Below, one piece after another: positions 1 through 10,110 of a stretch of DNA of 64,000 nt. Origin of the DNA: Methanotrichaceae archaeon. Its GTDB lineage: Archaea; Halobacteriota; Methanosarcinia; Methanotrichales; Methanotrichaceae. A program made the position numbers and the translations under genes. The notes under the pieces are model-generated. The model had not been told where the DNA came from. It saw only the letters and a list, made by a program, of their open reading frames with translations, and did not search any database. Position 1 is the stretch's first letter. The number at the start of each line of letters is the position of its first letter. The DNA lies in contig CAWEXU010000016.1 of assembly GCA_963813075.1 (NCBI GenBank), forward strand, positions 33,610 through 97,609, read 5' to 3'.

Positions 1-271
1 AACTATGGCGAAAACGAGTTACAGCAATAGAAATAGCCGGCTGGAAAGCTGCGATATGGTATCCTGATTCCCTTTTTAGATATATGACTTACGAAATAAC
101 ATTATCAAATAGATCATGCATTTTGATATAATTTTTTAGATTTTCCTTTCAAAGAGGAAAGAAATTTAGCTCTATTTTTCCATTGGAAATAAAGGGGTTT
201 GATCGAATCGGATTTCTCACCATTCTCACCAATTGCATTAACTATAAAAGGTGCCTTGGCAAGTAGTACTC

Positions 272-2257
272 ATGCCAAGATTACCATTGATAATCTTCCT
301 GGCCTTGCTCATCTGGCTTGTTCCGGTTGACGGCGCAAGAACTTATATTGTGGATGACGACGGCTTTTCTAACTACATTACCATTCAAGAGGCCGTTTCT
401 GCAGCCAGCGATGGAGATACGATATACGTTAAGCCGGGAAACTACAGTGAGGAGGTCGTCCTGAACAAGAGCCTCAGCCTTATGCCACTCCTGGGAGAGA
501 GCGGTCCGATAGTGCTCAGAGGAGAGGGCAAAGAGACAGCAATCACAATATCTTCAGATGGCTGCCTCATCGAAGGCCTAATCTTTCAGGGCTATTCGGG
601 AGCTGGTGTAAAGCTTCTTTCTCGGGGAAACAGCATTAAGAAAAATGTGTTCGAAGATGCCAGCCCGGCCATTTTAGCCTCCGGCTCGCTAGAAAACTCG
701 ATAAGTGAAAACCTGATTAAAAACTGCTCGGGTGGAGTGGCTCTAAGAGATGCCTCCAGCAACAACAGCATTGAGAGAAATGAGATCACAGGCTGCAATA
801 TATCCGTATTTCTGGGAGAGGCGGATGCAAATAGAATTGTTGAGAACAACATATCAGATTCTTATTGGGGTATATGGCTGGATAATACCAGCCGCGTCCA
901 GGTGGAAGGAAATCGGGTCAGCAGCAAGAACTACGGCGTCCTGCTGGTAAATGCAAGCAGCATCATTGTTGCCGACAACCTGGTTTCAATCGAGCAGGGA
1001 GGCCTTAACACCAGCCGCGCCGCGCTCCTCGCCAATGTCAGTGATGTCGATTTAGAGGATAATGAGATCATTGGCGGACAGATCGGTCTGGCCGCTTTGG
1101 AGTGCCACAATACCCGGTTGCAGAATAACAGGATCTCCCAGAGCAAAAATGCCACATATATACAGGATTCCGCCGGCCTAAAGATCAATAACAACAGCAT
1201 TCAGAATGCCGAGTTTGGCCTGAGGCTGGAAAACTCGAGCAACAATTCAGTCATTGGAAACCTGGTGGAAGATTGTGTCATTGCCCTATACTTCAGCGCC
1301 GCGGAAGATAACCGAGTTCTTGAAAACCGCTTTGTGGGCATAAGCGATACTGCGATGCAGATCGCATCCTCTGATAGTTGCGAGATTCTGGAAAATGATG
1401 TCACCGACAGCGCTCGGGGGATAATACTGGTGGAATCCTCTGCCAATCTGCTCCAGGCTAACCGCTTCCAGAATGTGACCTGGGGCTTTTATGTGGAGAG
1501 CGGGACAAAAGAGGGCTTTAATAACACCATAGATGAATCCAACATTGTAGACCTCGTCCCTGTGGCTTATCTATTCGACCGGTCAGGAATAGAGATCAGG
1601 GACCGAAGAATAGCTCACCTCACCATGGCATACTGCAGGAATGTGACGGTGGAAAATATAACTGTAACTCGCGATGCCATCTTCCTGTACGATTCCATGA
1701 ACAACAGCATAAAAAACAGCAATATATCTAATTGCTTTGGCATGCGGCTTGTCAACTCCTCCGGGAATGATATCCTGGGCAACCTGCTGATAGCCAACAA
1801 ATACAGTGGAATGCTCCTTTTTGCCTCGGACTGGAATCGGATTGAGCGGAATACCGTCTCGGACAACGAGCAGAACGGAATATCGCTCCTTTCCTGCAAC
1901 CGGAGTATCATTCGCGATAATGCCGTCCAGAGAAATCAGGTTACTGGAATCTGGCTTAATCTCTCTGACTCCAACCAGATCTACGAGAACAATATAACCG
2001 CCAATTCCCTGGGCAGTCAGATCTTGCTGTCCAATGGGAACGAGATCTATCACAACAACTTCATCGACAACATAGAGCATTCGATAGATTCCGATGGGAT
2101 CAACAGCTGGGATGCTGGCAACACCACTGGTGGAAACTACTGGAGCGGCCAAACAGCTAAGGGCAACCCCAGCAGCAGCTGGCCCCGACCGATCAAAGGA
2201 GGAAATGCAATAGATAGATATCCCTTCCAGGATGCGAGCGGCTGGCGGGCGGCATAA
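272..2257 (+). CDS. Secreted right-handed parallel beta-helix (NosD/CASH-type) cell-surface protein
   Basis: Signal peptide, 'YITIQEAVSAASDGDTIYVKPGNYSE' N-cap, many Asn-rich 'GIxL..S.NN.I..N.I' repeats, C-terminal 'GGNYWS...DRYP' motif; ATG at 272 preferred over GTG at 251. Confidence 0.85.
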   Translation: MPRLPLIIFLALLIWLVPVDGARTYIVDDDGFSNYITIQEAVSAASDGDTIYVKPGNYSEEVVLNKSLSLMPLLGESGPIVLRGEGKETAITISSDGCLIEGLIFQGYSGAGVKLLSRGNSIKKNVFEDASPAILASGSLENSISENLIKNCSGGVALRDASSNNSIERNEITGCNISVFLGEADANRIVENNISDSYWGIWLDNTSRVQVEGNRVSSKNYGVLLVNASSIIVADNLVSIEQGGLNTSRAALLANVSDVDLEDNEIIGGQIGLAALECHNTRLQNNRISQSKNATYIQDSAGLKINNNSIQNAEFGLRLENSSNNSVIGNLVEDCVIALYFSAAEDNRVLENRFVGISDTAMQIASSDSCEILENDVTDSARGIILVESSANLLQANRFQNVTWGFYVESGTKEGFNNTIDESNIVDLVPVAYLFDRSGIEIRDRRIAHLTMAYCRNVTVENITVTRDAIFLYDSMNNSIKNSNISNCFGMRLVNSSGNDILGNLLIANKYSGMLLFASDWNRIERNTVSDNEQNGISLLSCNRSIIRDNAVQRNQVTGIWLNLSDSNQIYENNITANSLGSQILLSNGNEIYHNNFIDNIEHSIDSDGINSWDAGNTTGGNYWSGQTAKGNPSSSWPRPIKGGNAIDRYPFQDASGWRAA

Positions 2258-2355
2258 TTACTGCCCTGCTTATTTTTTCTCGATCCAAGCCATTTGAAAC
2301 TGAAGCATTTGAAACCGCAATCTTCTTAAGATGATGTCAGAATAATGTAGAGAAT

Positions 2356-2529
2356 ATGGCAAGAAGGAAGAACGAAGGAAGTGGCCTACAGTCATCAGCC
2401 GGCCTGATGAGATACTTTGAGGCCGATGACGACTCGATCAAGTTCAGCCCCAAAATGGTTCTCGGTGCCTGCACCGGCGCGGGAGCAGTCATTATGGGCC
2501 TGAATATCGCCTTTGGCCTCTGGCCTTAG
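2356..2529 (+). CDS. secG: Preprotein translocase subunit Sec61beta (57 aa, below the ORF-track cutoff)
   Basis: Manual translation MARRKNEGSGLQSSAGLMRYFEADDDSIKFSPKMVLGACTGAGAVIMGLNIAFGLWP; 'SSAGLMRYF' signature plus one C-terminal TM helix. Confidence 0.9.
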   Translation: MARRKNEGSGLQSSAGLMRYFEADDDSIKFSPKMVLGACTGAGAVIMGLNIAFGLWP

Positions 2530-2545
2530 TCCAATCCCACGAGGA

Positions 2546-2605
2546 AAAAAATCAATTTTTTTGTAGCGGCCTCAAAGGTAGCTTAGGCTTTTGAGTTGCC
2601 GCTAT
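2546..2605. terminator. A/T tracts plus imperfect hairpin between convergent Sec61beta and mfnA
   Basis: aaaaaa-tcaa-tttttttt followed by tagcggcctcaaag...cttttgagttgccgcta inverted repeat. Confidence 0.5.
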
Positions 2606-2658
2606 CCTTTAACTCATTGACTCATCCTGCTATCTTTGACACATCTTTCTTGGTTTGG

Positions 2659-3795
2659 TTAAGCAAAATCTGCCAGGATCTCCTTTAAGTCCGCCAAAAA
2701 CAGATCGATGTTTTCATGGCTCATATGGGTCATAAGGATCAACCTCAACGCTCTGTTCGGCTCCCGAGTTATGGAAACATGCCAGTCGCGATCCATTAGC
2801 CTTTCGCGAACTCTGGATGTCTCAGGAACCTTCAGAGAAACAACATTCATCACCGGCTCGATCAGGGGCTCAACACCGATCTCTTTTGCCCCCCGGACCA
2901 GATGATCGGTGAGATCCATGCAGTAGCTCACCATCTCCCGGAATCCAGCTCTGCCCAGGTGCATCATCACCGCATAGGTGGCGGCGGCGGCAGCACCGCT
3001 TCTGGTGCCGGTCAGTGAAGCCTGTCTGGCTTTGGTGAGATAATGGGTCTCGGTCTCCAGAGCGTTCATGCACTCCTGGCTGCGGAAGAGCAGGCCGCCG
3101 GCGGGAATGGTAGCGAGGCCCATCTTATGAGGATCTATGGTGATCGATTTGACTCCTGGCAGGGAAAAATCCCAGGCAAAGGACCTGTCCAGGAAGGGGA
3201 TGACGAATCCGCCAAAGGCCGCATCGACATGGAGATGAACCCCCCATTCAAGGGCCAGATCGGATAGCTCTTCGATTGGATCGACCTGTCCGAACTCTGT
3301 AGTTCCCGCTATTCCCACCAGGGCCACCGTCTGCTCGTCGATCAACGACTTCACTGAGGTGAGATCGACCCTTAGCTGGGAATCAAGTTTCGCTTTGCGC
3401 ACCTCTAAAGAGAGAAGATCCCCGATCTTGTCAAATGAGAAGTGGGCGGATGCGGGAACCACTATATTTCCATTCTTTTTGCCAGACTCATTTCTGGCCG
3501 CCCGGATGGCCTGGATGTTCGACTCCGTGCCTCCGGTGGAGATGTAGCCCCGGGCATCAGGACAGCCCAGGAGCTCTCCCAGCATATGAACTACCTCCCC
3601 TTCCAGCCCTGCTACGCCCGGAAACAGCCCCGGATCGCCCAGGTTTGTCTCCAGAAACATGTCATGAGCCCTTACCGCAATGGGATGGGGGCGGGTGCAC
3701 ATGGTGGAGAAGAAGCGGTCGTAGCTGTAGTCGCGCTCTCTCGTCCTCTCCAGAATGGCGATTACTTCCTCCGCGGGAAGGGCTTTTTCTCTCAT
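2659..3795 (-). CDS. mfnA: L-tyrosine/L-aspartate decarboxylase (methanofuran/CoA biosynthesis)
   Basis: 'FLETNLGDPGLFPG', 'GGTESNIQA', 'HVDAAFGG', PLP lysine in 'TIDPHKMG'. Confidence 0.92.
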   Translation of the reverse strand: MREKALPAEEVIAILERTRERDYSYDRFFSTMCTRPHPIAVRAHDMFLETNLGDPGLFPGVAGLEGEVVHMLGELLGCPDARGYISTGGTESNIQAIRAARNESGKKNGNIVVPASAHFSFDKIGDLLSLEVRKAKLDSQLRVDLTSVKSLIDEQTVALVGIAGTTEFGQVDPIEELSDLALEWGVHLHVDAAFGGFVIPFLDRSFAWDFSLPGVKSITIDPHKMGLATIPAGGLLFRSQECMNALETETHYLTKARQASLTGTRSGAAAAATYAVMMHLGRAGFREMVSYCMDLTDHLVRGAKEIGVEPLIEPVMNVVSLKVPETSRVRERLMDRDWHVSITREPNRALRLILMTHMSHENIDLFLADLKEILADFA

Positions 3796-3799
3796 AGAT

Positions 3800-6082
3800 T
3801 CAGTCTCTATTTCTCAGAGCATCCAGGATCAGGATCTTCTCGCTCCTGGCCACGGTATCCCTGACTGTAGCCACGGCATCGATGTTAGCGGATATGCTGG
3901 TGATACCCATCTGCACCAATTTTTTGGCCATCTCCGGATATGATCCTGCCTGGCCGCAGATAGAGGTCTTGACTCCTGCTTCGCGACACTGCTCCACCAC
4001 ATACTCGATCAGCTTCAGGACGGCTGGATGAAGCTCGGAGTACAGCCCGGCCACATTCTCATTGTTCCGGTCAACTGCCAGGGTGTACTGGGTCAGATCG
4101 TTGGTTCCAAAGGAGACGAAATCTATTCCATCCTCAATGAAGTCCTCAATGGTCAGAGCCGCTCCTGGGGTCTCGATCATGACGCCCACATCGATCTTAT
4201 CCAGGTCCAGGCCTTCATCTCTCATTATGGCCTTGGCCTTCTGGAACTCGCTGACATGCTGGACCATGGGCAGCATGATGCCCACGTTGGTCAGGCCCAT
4301 CTCATGCAGCCTCTTGAAGGCTCTGATTTCCAGGCGGAAGTGATCGGTCTCGGTCATATCCCGTCTTATGCCTCTCCAGCCCAGCATGGGGTTGTGCTCA
4401 TGAGGCTCGCCCTCTCCTCCCTCCATGGCCCGGAACTCGTCCGTGGGGGCATCCAGAGTGCGCACCCAGACCGGCCGGGGATAGAAGGCATCGGCAACGG
4501 TCTTGACTCCACCCACCAGCTCCGATATGTACTCCTCAGTCTTCCCGTTCTTGATATACCAGTTGGGGGTCTTGCCCATGCCTAAGATCATGTGCTCGAT
4601 CCTGAGAAGTCCCACTCCATCGGCCTGAGTGGCGGCTGCTGCCTCTGCCCTGTCCGGCTCGCTGACATTGACCTTGATCTCCGTGGCCGTCACCGGCTTG
4701 GAGTAGAAGACGCCTCCCGCCGCTGTGGGGGCTGCCTTTGCTGGCGCGGCATGGGCCACCACTCCCTCGTAGACAATGCCTTTGCCACCGTCCACGGTGA
4801 TCTCCATGCCGTCTTTGAGAATGCTGGTGGCCTTCTTGGTCCCCACCACTGCCGGACATCCCAGCTCCCGGCTGACGATGGCGGCATGGCAGGCCATTCC
4901 ACCCTCATCGGTGACGATGGCACCGGCACGTTTCATCCCTGGAACCATATCCGGCATGGTCATCTTGGTCACCATGATGTCCCCCTGCTTGATCTTGTCC
5001 AGGTCCCTGCCGCTGGTGATTATCTTTACAATGCCGCTGGCCACGCCCGGCGCTGCACCCAGCCCGTTCAAAAGGATCTTGCCGCTGCCGGATGCTGCTG
5101 AGCCCGCGGCCTTCTTCTCGCTGCTGATGGTGGTGATAGGACGGGACTGGAGGATGTAGATCTTGTTTTTCTCCACTCCCCATTCGATATCCTGAGGAAG
5201 GCCGTAGTGCTCTTCCAGGATCTCGCCGTATTTGGCCAGCTCGATGATCTCATTATCGGTGAGGACCACTGCCTCCTTCTTCTTGGCAGGCACTTTGGTA
5301 GTGGTCGTCTTATGAGTCTTGGGGTCTCTGGTGATCATGATCTCTTTGGCAGCGATATACCTGTTCACTATCTTCTTGGTCTTCCGGTCCACCACATAGT
5401 TGTCCGGCGAGACGCTGCCGCTGACCACGGACTCCCCCAGACCCCAGGCGGCCTCAATGACCACCAGTGGCTCGCCAGTGCTCGGCTGGGAGCTGAACAT
5501 AACTCCTGCCTTCTCTGAGTCCACCATCAGCTGCACTATGGCGGATAGATTGACTTTATTGTGCTCGAAGCCCTGCTCCACCCGGTAGAAGATGGCTCTG
5601 GCCCCGTAAAGGGATGCCCAGCACTTGCGCACGGCATTGAATACGTCCTCTGCGCCGCGCGTATTGAGATAGGTCTCCTGCTGGCCGGCGAAGCTGGCGT
5701 CGGGCAGGTCCTCGGCGGTGGCGCTCGACCTTACAGCCACGTAAACCTCTTTGCCCTCTCTTTTGCACAGCTCCTGGTAGCGGGTTTTTATGGCATCTTC
5801 AATATCCTTCGGCACCTTGGCGTCCATAATGAGCTTCTTTGCCGTCTGCTCGGCTCGATGAAGCTCAGTCTCCTGGTTTACATCGACTTTGAGGGCCTCG
5901 AAGAGCTTATCCGCAATGCCCGCCCGGTTGATGAAGTCTCTGAAGGCCTGGGCCGTGACCGCAAAACCACCAGGAACGGGAACGCCTATATTGATCATCT
6001 CGCCGAGGCTTGCACCCTTGCCGCCGACAATGGACAGGTCTTCCTTGCCGACATCCTCCAACCATACAACAGCATCCATCAA
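3800..6082 (-). CDS. ppsA: Phosphoenolpyruvate synthase
   Basis: 'VGGKGASLGEM', 'VAVRSSATAEDLPDASFAGQQET', phospho-His motif 'CHAAIVSRELG', 'SFGTNDLTQY'. Confidence 0.95.
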   Translation of the reverse strand: MMDAVVWLEDVGKEDLSIVGGKGASLGEMINIGVPVPGGFAVTAQAFRDFINRAGIADKLFEALKVDVNQETELHRAEQTAKKLIMDAKVPKDIEDAIKTRYQELCKREGKEVYVAVRSSATAEDLPDASFAGQQETYLNTRGAEDVFNAVRKCWASLYGARAIFYRVEQGFEHNKVNLSAIVQLMVDSEKAGVMFSSQPSTGEPLVVIEAAWGLGESVVSGSVSPDNYVVDRKTKKIVNRYIAAKEIMITRDPKTHKTTTTKVPAKKKEAVVLTDNEIIELAKYGEILEEHYGLPQDIEWGVEKNKIYILQSRPITTISSEKKAAGSAASGSGKILLNGLGAAPGVASGIVKIITSGRDLDKIKQGDIMVTKMTMPDMVPGMKRAGAIVTDEGGMACHAAIVSRELGCPAVVGTKKATSILKDGMEITVDGGKGIVYEGVVAHAAPAKAAPTAAGGVFYSKPVTATEIKVNVSEPDRAEAAAATQADGVGLLRIEHMILGMGKTPNWYIKNGKTEEYISELVGGVKTVADAFYPRPVWVRTLDAPTDEFRAMEGGEGEPHEHNPMLGWRGIRRDMTETDHFRLEIRAFKRLHEMGLTNVGIMLPMVQHVSEFQKAKAIMRDEGLDLDKIDVGVMIETPGAALTIEDFIEDGIDFVSFGTNDLTQYTLAVDRNNENVAGLYSELHPAVLKLIEYVVEQCREAGVKTSICGQAGSYPEMAKKLVQMGITSISANIDAVATVRDTVARSEKILILDALRNRD

Positions 6083-6206
6083 ATCATCCGCCCAATATTA
6101 CTGGTCAATATGACCACCCCTCCATCATAACATTATATGAAGCTTTCACATGATATATAGAATATATACAAAAGCATTTATCCAGGATCATTCAAGTCCA
6201 GACAGC

Positions 6207-7362
6207 ATGTTCAAACGCTTCTCCGGGGCAATAGCAGCAAGAAAGATGCTTCTGGAACGATGCCTTCCCCTTAAGGATATCGAAGAGCTTGATACCTCAA
6301 GTGCAGTGGATCGAGTGTCTGCGGAGGACATCCACTCTCCGGTCAATCTTCCTGCCTTTGACCGGTCGGCCATGGACGGCTTTGCCGTGCGCTCCATGGA
6401 TACCAGAGGCGCCAGGCCTTCCGGTCCCCGCTTTATCCAGGATTTCATCCCTCTGCGCACGGGGATGGCGGTTCCTGCAGGATATGATGCCATTGTGATG
6501 CTGGAGGATGCCAGGGCTCGCGGCGAGGTGCTGGAGGTGACGGCCGAGGTTCACCCCTATAAGAATGTGGCCAGAACGGGCGAGGACGTGATGGAAGGGG
6601 ATATGGTCTTCCCGGAGGGGCACAGGCTGCGCCCTCCTGATCTTGCTCTCCTCTCTGCCCTGGGAATTCATAGGGTCAGGGTTTATGCAAAACCAGTTGT
6701 GGTCATAATCCCCACTGGCGGGGAGCTGGTGGATATCGGCGCTCGCAGGCTTGAGCCCGGAGAGGCCTATGAGATCAACGGCCTCATGGCCCGGCTCTAC
6801 AGTGAGAAATGGGGTGCAGAGGCGAGAAAAATCGATCTGGTTGCTGATGACCCTGAAAAGATTCGCGAATCAATAGAGGCTAATTTGGATGCAGACCTGA
6901 TTATAATCATCGGCGGGACCAGCGTCGGAGAGAAGGACTATGCTCCCCGGATCCTGTCCGAGATGGGAGAGCTATATGTGCACGGGGTGCGCCTCCAGCC
7001 GGGCAAGCCCACGGCCTTCGGGGATGTGGCCGGTAGATCGGTGGTCTGCCTGCCCGGCTATCCGGTGGCGGCACTCTCCAATCTGTATCTCTTCATCCGC
7101 CCGGCCATAAAGAGGATGGCCCATCTGGATGACAAGCCGCATCGGGTCCAGGTCCAGGCTGGCGCGGAAGATGCCCTCCAAGCCCGGCTACTTAAGCCTG
7201 GTCCGGGTGGCTTTCAGAGAGGATGGCCAGGTGGAGCCGATCATGGTCTCCGGAGCGGGGATACTGAGCTCCGTTGCCCGGGCGGACGGCTTTGTGGTCG
7301 TGCCCGAAGAGCTGGAGGGATTCGAGGAGGGGGATATGGTGGAGGTCGTGCTTTACGAATGA
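6207..7362 (+). CDS. moeA: Molybdopterin molybdotransferase MoeA; one frameshift near 7148
   Basis: 'PAFDRSAMDGFAV', 'PTGGEL', 'GGTSVGEKD', 'QPGKP', 'LPGYP'; C-terminus 'SGAGILSSVARADG..VEV' continues in ORF 7129..7362. Confidence 0.88.
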
Positions 7363-7383
7363 GAGAATGAAGGGAGGAATAGG

Positions 7384-8386
7384 TCAATACTCAGGAATCA
7401 TGATCTGGCAGCGATCAGCTATTTCGAGGGCTACCTGGCGAAAATTATCTCTTGCTTCGCTGACCCCTTTCTGGTGCGATCCGATGGCACCATCAGCAGG
7501 CAAGTAGATGAAATATCGGCTTATGGGCTTCTTGTGCCATGGGCACGAGGCTTCTGTAGTGCTTGATCAGCCCCAATCGATTTCCGTTTTCTCTCTCCTC
7601 CATCGATCTGCATTCTCTCCCCAAGAGCTCTTCAGAATATACCCTTGGGATTCGCTCTGCCCAGCGCCTGTATGCAATAACGGAACGGCCCATCTTCTCT
7701 GCTTGCTGCATCATGACATAGCCTATTGGCGTCATTTGCCCTCCTGGCAGTTCAAGATCTTTCACCGTATTTTTCTTCAGGCGTTCCTGCCATCCGTTGC
7801 GCCATTCCCTTACCGAAGGGCCCAGATTCTTTAATCCTTGCAGCGAGAATAGATCTGGCATTAATGGAACCACCAAATAATCAGCGGCTATAAGTATCGA
7901 ACGATTGATTGCACCCAAATTCGGACCGAGGTCAATCAAAGCGACATCAATACCGGATCTATCAATAATTCGCCACATTATGCGCCAGAAGGCCGATTCT
8001 ACTCGAAATGCTCTCTCCTTTCCGTCAAGGCAATGCGGCCATTGCTGGGATAGCTCATCTTCAAAACGCGATAATGCCAGATCTCCAATGATCAGATGGA
8101 TTCGCTCATCAATCTCCTCTGCATAAGGATTCTCTGCAATATCGCCAACATCACGAAGCAGAGGTTCTATGCTGCCATAGATTGTCCTGCTATGATCTCC
8201 ATCAGGCCAAAATTCCTCGAGTTGTTCTTCATCCAGAAATGATGCGGTCAGATTGGCCTGGGGATCGAGGTCCGAGGCTAATACTTTGAGCCCCAAGTCT
8301 GCATACATCCAGGATAAGTGATAGACCAGTGAGGTCTTTCCCACCCCGCCTTTGTTGTTGAAAAATGCAATTATTGGAGCGCTCAT
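7384..8386 (-). CDS. ParA/Soj-like (AAA_31) ATPase; frameshift near 7503
   Basis: Deviant Walker A 'NNKGGVGKT', 'DLDPQANLT', 'IDLGPNLG'; alternative frame gives C-terminus LPADGAIGSHQKGVSEARDNFRQVALEIADRCQIMIPEY ending at 7384. Confidence 0.8.
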
Positions 8387-9570
8387 GCTCGCCTCCTCAC
8401 TGTTGCAAGAATATAGTTCTCCTCGATGGTGAATTCGGGAGGAGGATTGCCGTTGTCGAGCAGTTGCTTTCTGGCGATCTGAATTCCCATGCCGAATTTC
8501 TGCACATATCCCAGCACATGCATGGCTTCCGCAAGATGGGGATTTCGATAATCAGTGACTCCGGGCTGTCCAAAGTTCACTTTGGTGACAAGGCCGAAAG
8601 GTCCACCTGGATTGAGTATCTCAATGCGATCTGAGAACCAGTAAATGCGAACTGGTGCATTGGTCCCTTCGTAGGTTCTATGGAGGATCGAATTGCGTAT
8701 CAATTGCTGGAGAGCTGGAAGGGGATACTCTGATCTTCTGATTTCCACTGATTCTGAGACAATCGATACAGATACAGAATTATTGGCATCGAGGATCTCA
8801 TCAATCCTTCGGAGAAGATCTGAAATTGGGCCTGTAATCTTCTTTTCGTGCCTGATCGGATCCGTTAAATCGGCACCCTCTAGCCTTATAAATTGCACAT
8901 AACCCCCAGGTATGAAACGAAGAGTATCCTTGCCTAGAACCAGAATTCCCAAAACAGTAGGCTGGCCGTCAGGGGTCAAAAATCGCAGTGCTTTGAGCTT
9001 ATCTTCCATCGACCGGGTATTCTGGGCCAGGACGGATGGATCGATTGCATGAGGCAGGTATTCGTGCTCAAATAACTCCCGGTCCAGGTCCTCTATGGTG
9101 GCAGAAGGGACTGGCTGGAGATCGAATGGAAGGTCCCTGGAACGCCTCCTCTCCGCAAGGCGTTTTTCCTCCTCTGGCGTTGCTCTTGCTCTGCGAGGAC
9201 CGACTCTGACCCAGGTTACTCCGTTTAACCTAACTGGAGGAGAGTTCGATGGCTCGACCTGAACCAAGACCATCATGCAGCCGTTTATCACCATTTTATG
9301 AACGGAAATTGACGGAAATGGCTGAATCTTTCCATCATCCTTCATAAAAGATATAGCTAATAATAATTTATCAGTAATCTCCAGATTTGAGCATGATCCG
9401 TCATCATTGGCTCCAATGAATATGAATCCTGGTTTATGATGATTGGGCAGATCATTTGCGTATGCGCATATTGCCTGGCGAATTTTATCTGGATCGGAGA
9501 GAGATGCCTTTCTTTCAACCAGATCTGATTCTAAATCTTTGAGCATATACTCAAGCTCTTGCTCGTCCAT
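8383..9570 (-). CDS. AlbA_2 (Schlafen-like) domain plus HATPase_c_4/RecG-C-like ATP-binding protein
   Basis: N-terminal 'ESDLVERK...ICAYAND...GFIFIGANDDG'; C-terminal 'ALQQLIRNSILHRTY', 'DRIEILNPGG', 'YRNPHLAEAMHVLGYVQKFGMGI'. Confidence 0.8.
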   Translation of the reverse strand: MDEQELEYMLKDLESDLVERKASLSDPDKIRQAICAYANDLPNHHKPGFIFIGANDDGSCSNLEITDKLLLAISFMKDDGKIQPFPSISVHKMVINGCMMVLVQVEPSNSPPVRLNGVTWVRVGPRRARATPEEEKRLAERRRSRDLPFDLQPVPSATIEDLDRELFEHEYLPHAIDPSVLAQNTRSMEDKLKALRFLTPDGQPTVLGILVLGKDTLRFIPGGYVQFIRLEGADLTDPIRHEKKITGPISDLLRRIDEILDANNSVSVSIVSESVEIRRSEYPLPALQQLIRNSILHRTYEGTNAPVRIYWFSDRIEILNPGGPFGLVTKVNFGQPGVTDYRNPHLAEAMHVLGYVQKFGMGIQIARKQLLDNGNPPPEFTIEENYILATVRRRA

Positions 9571-9746
9571 TTAATCCTCCGATACTATATCTCTCTCTAT
9601 ACATAATATATTTGCTCAATTCTCTTTGGCAATAGGCTGATTGAGCTACATTACTTTTTCTCTCATTCTCATTATTCAGCTCTGCCGTTTAAAGTGAAAC
9701 CATCATTTTTTATCCCTGCAGCTCTATTCCAGTGCGGTGACCTCCC

Positions 9747-10049
9747 CTGAACACCGGCCGACTGCTCGTAAAGATCAACAGGCTATCTGCCTGGATGCTC
9801 CTCATCTTCATGATCATCTTCCTGATATCGGGCTATGCCTGGTACAACAGAACACTCCTGCCCCTGCAGCAGGCCATACATATGCACACCGAGCTGGACC
9901 TCTACCTGCTGGTCTTTTTCCTCATGCACACTCTGATCAGCATCAGGTTCACCCTGGCACGCTGGAGAGTAGGCCACAATAGATTGGTGAATGCACTTCT
10001 CATCCTGGCCGGAATCCTGTTCTTCTGGTTCATCCTGGGCATCAGATAA
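9747..10049 (+). CDS. Small three-TM membrane protein; probable CTG start
   Basis: Hydrophobic ORF 9795..10049 extends in frame (LNTGRLLVKINRLSAW) to a CTG at 9747 preceded by GGTGA. Confidence 0.55.
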   Translation: MNTGRLLVKINRLSAWMLLIFMIIFLISGYAWYNRTLLPLQQAIHMHTELDLYLLVFFLMHTLISIRFTLARWRVGHNRLVNALLILAGILFFWFILGIR

Positions 10050-10074
10050 AATAAGAGGAGAGGAGACCACAACA

Positions 10075-10106
10075 TTTATAACTCAACGTTACTAACCATA
10101 AGTTCA
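10075..10106 (+). promoter_or_regulatory. TATA box plus HSR1-like operator (CTAAC-N5-GTTCA)
   Basis: tttataa at 10075-10081; ctaac-cataa-gttca at 10092-10106 resembles the CTAAC-N5-GTTAG site of Archaeoglobus HSR1. Confidence 0.55.
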
Positions 10107-10110
10107 ATGG

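Noticed and set aside
2287..2316. Repeated 'catttgaaac', resembling a CRISPR repeat 3' end
   Set aside because: Only two adjacent short copies, no spacers and no cas genes
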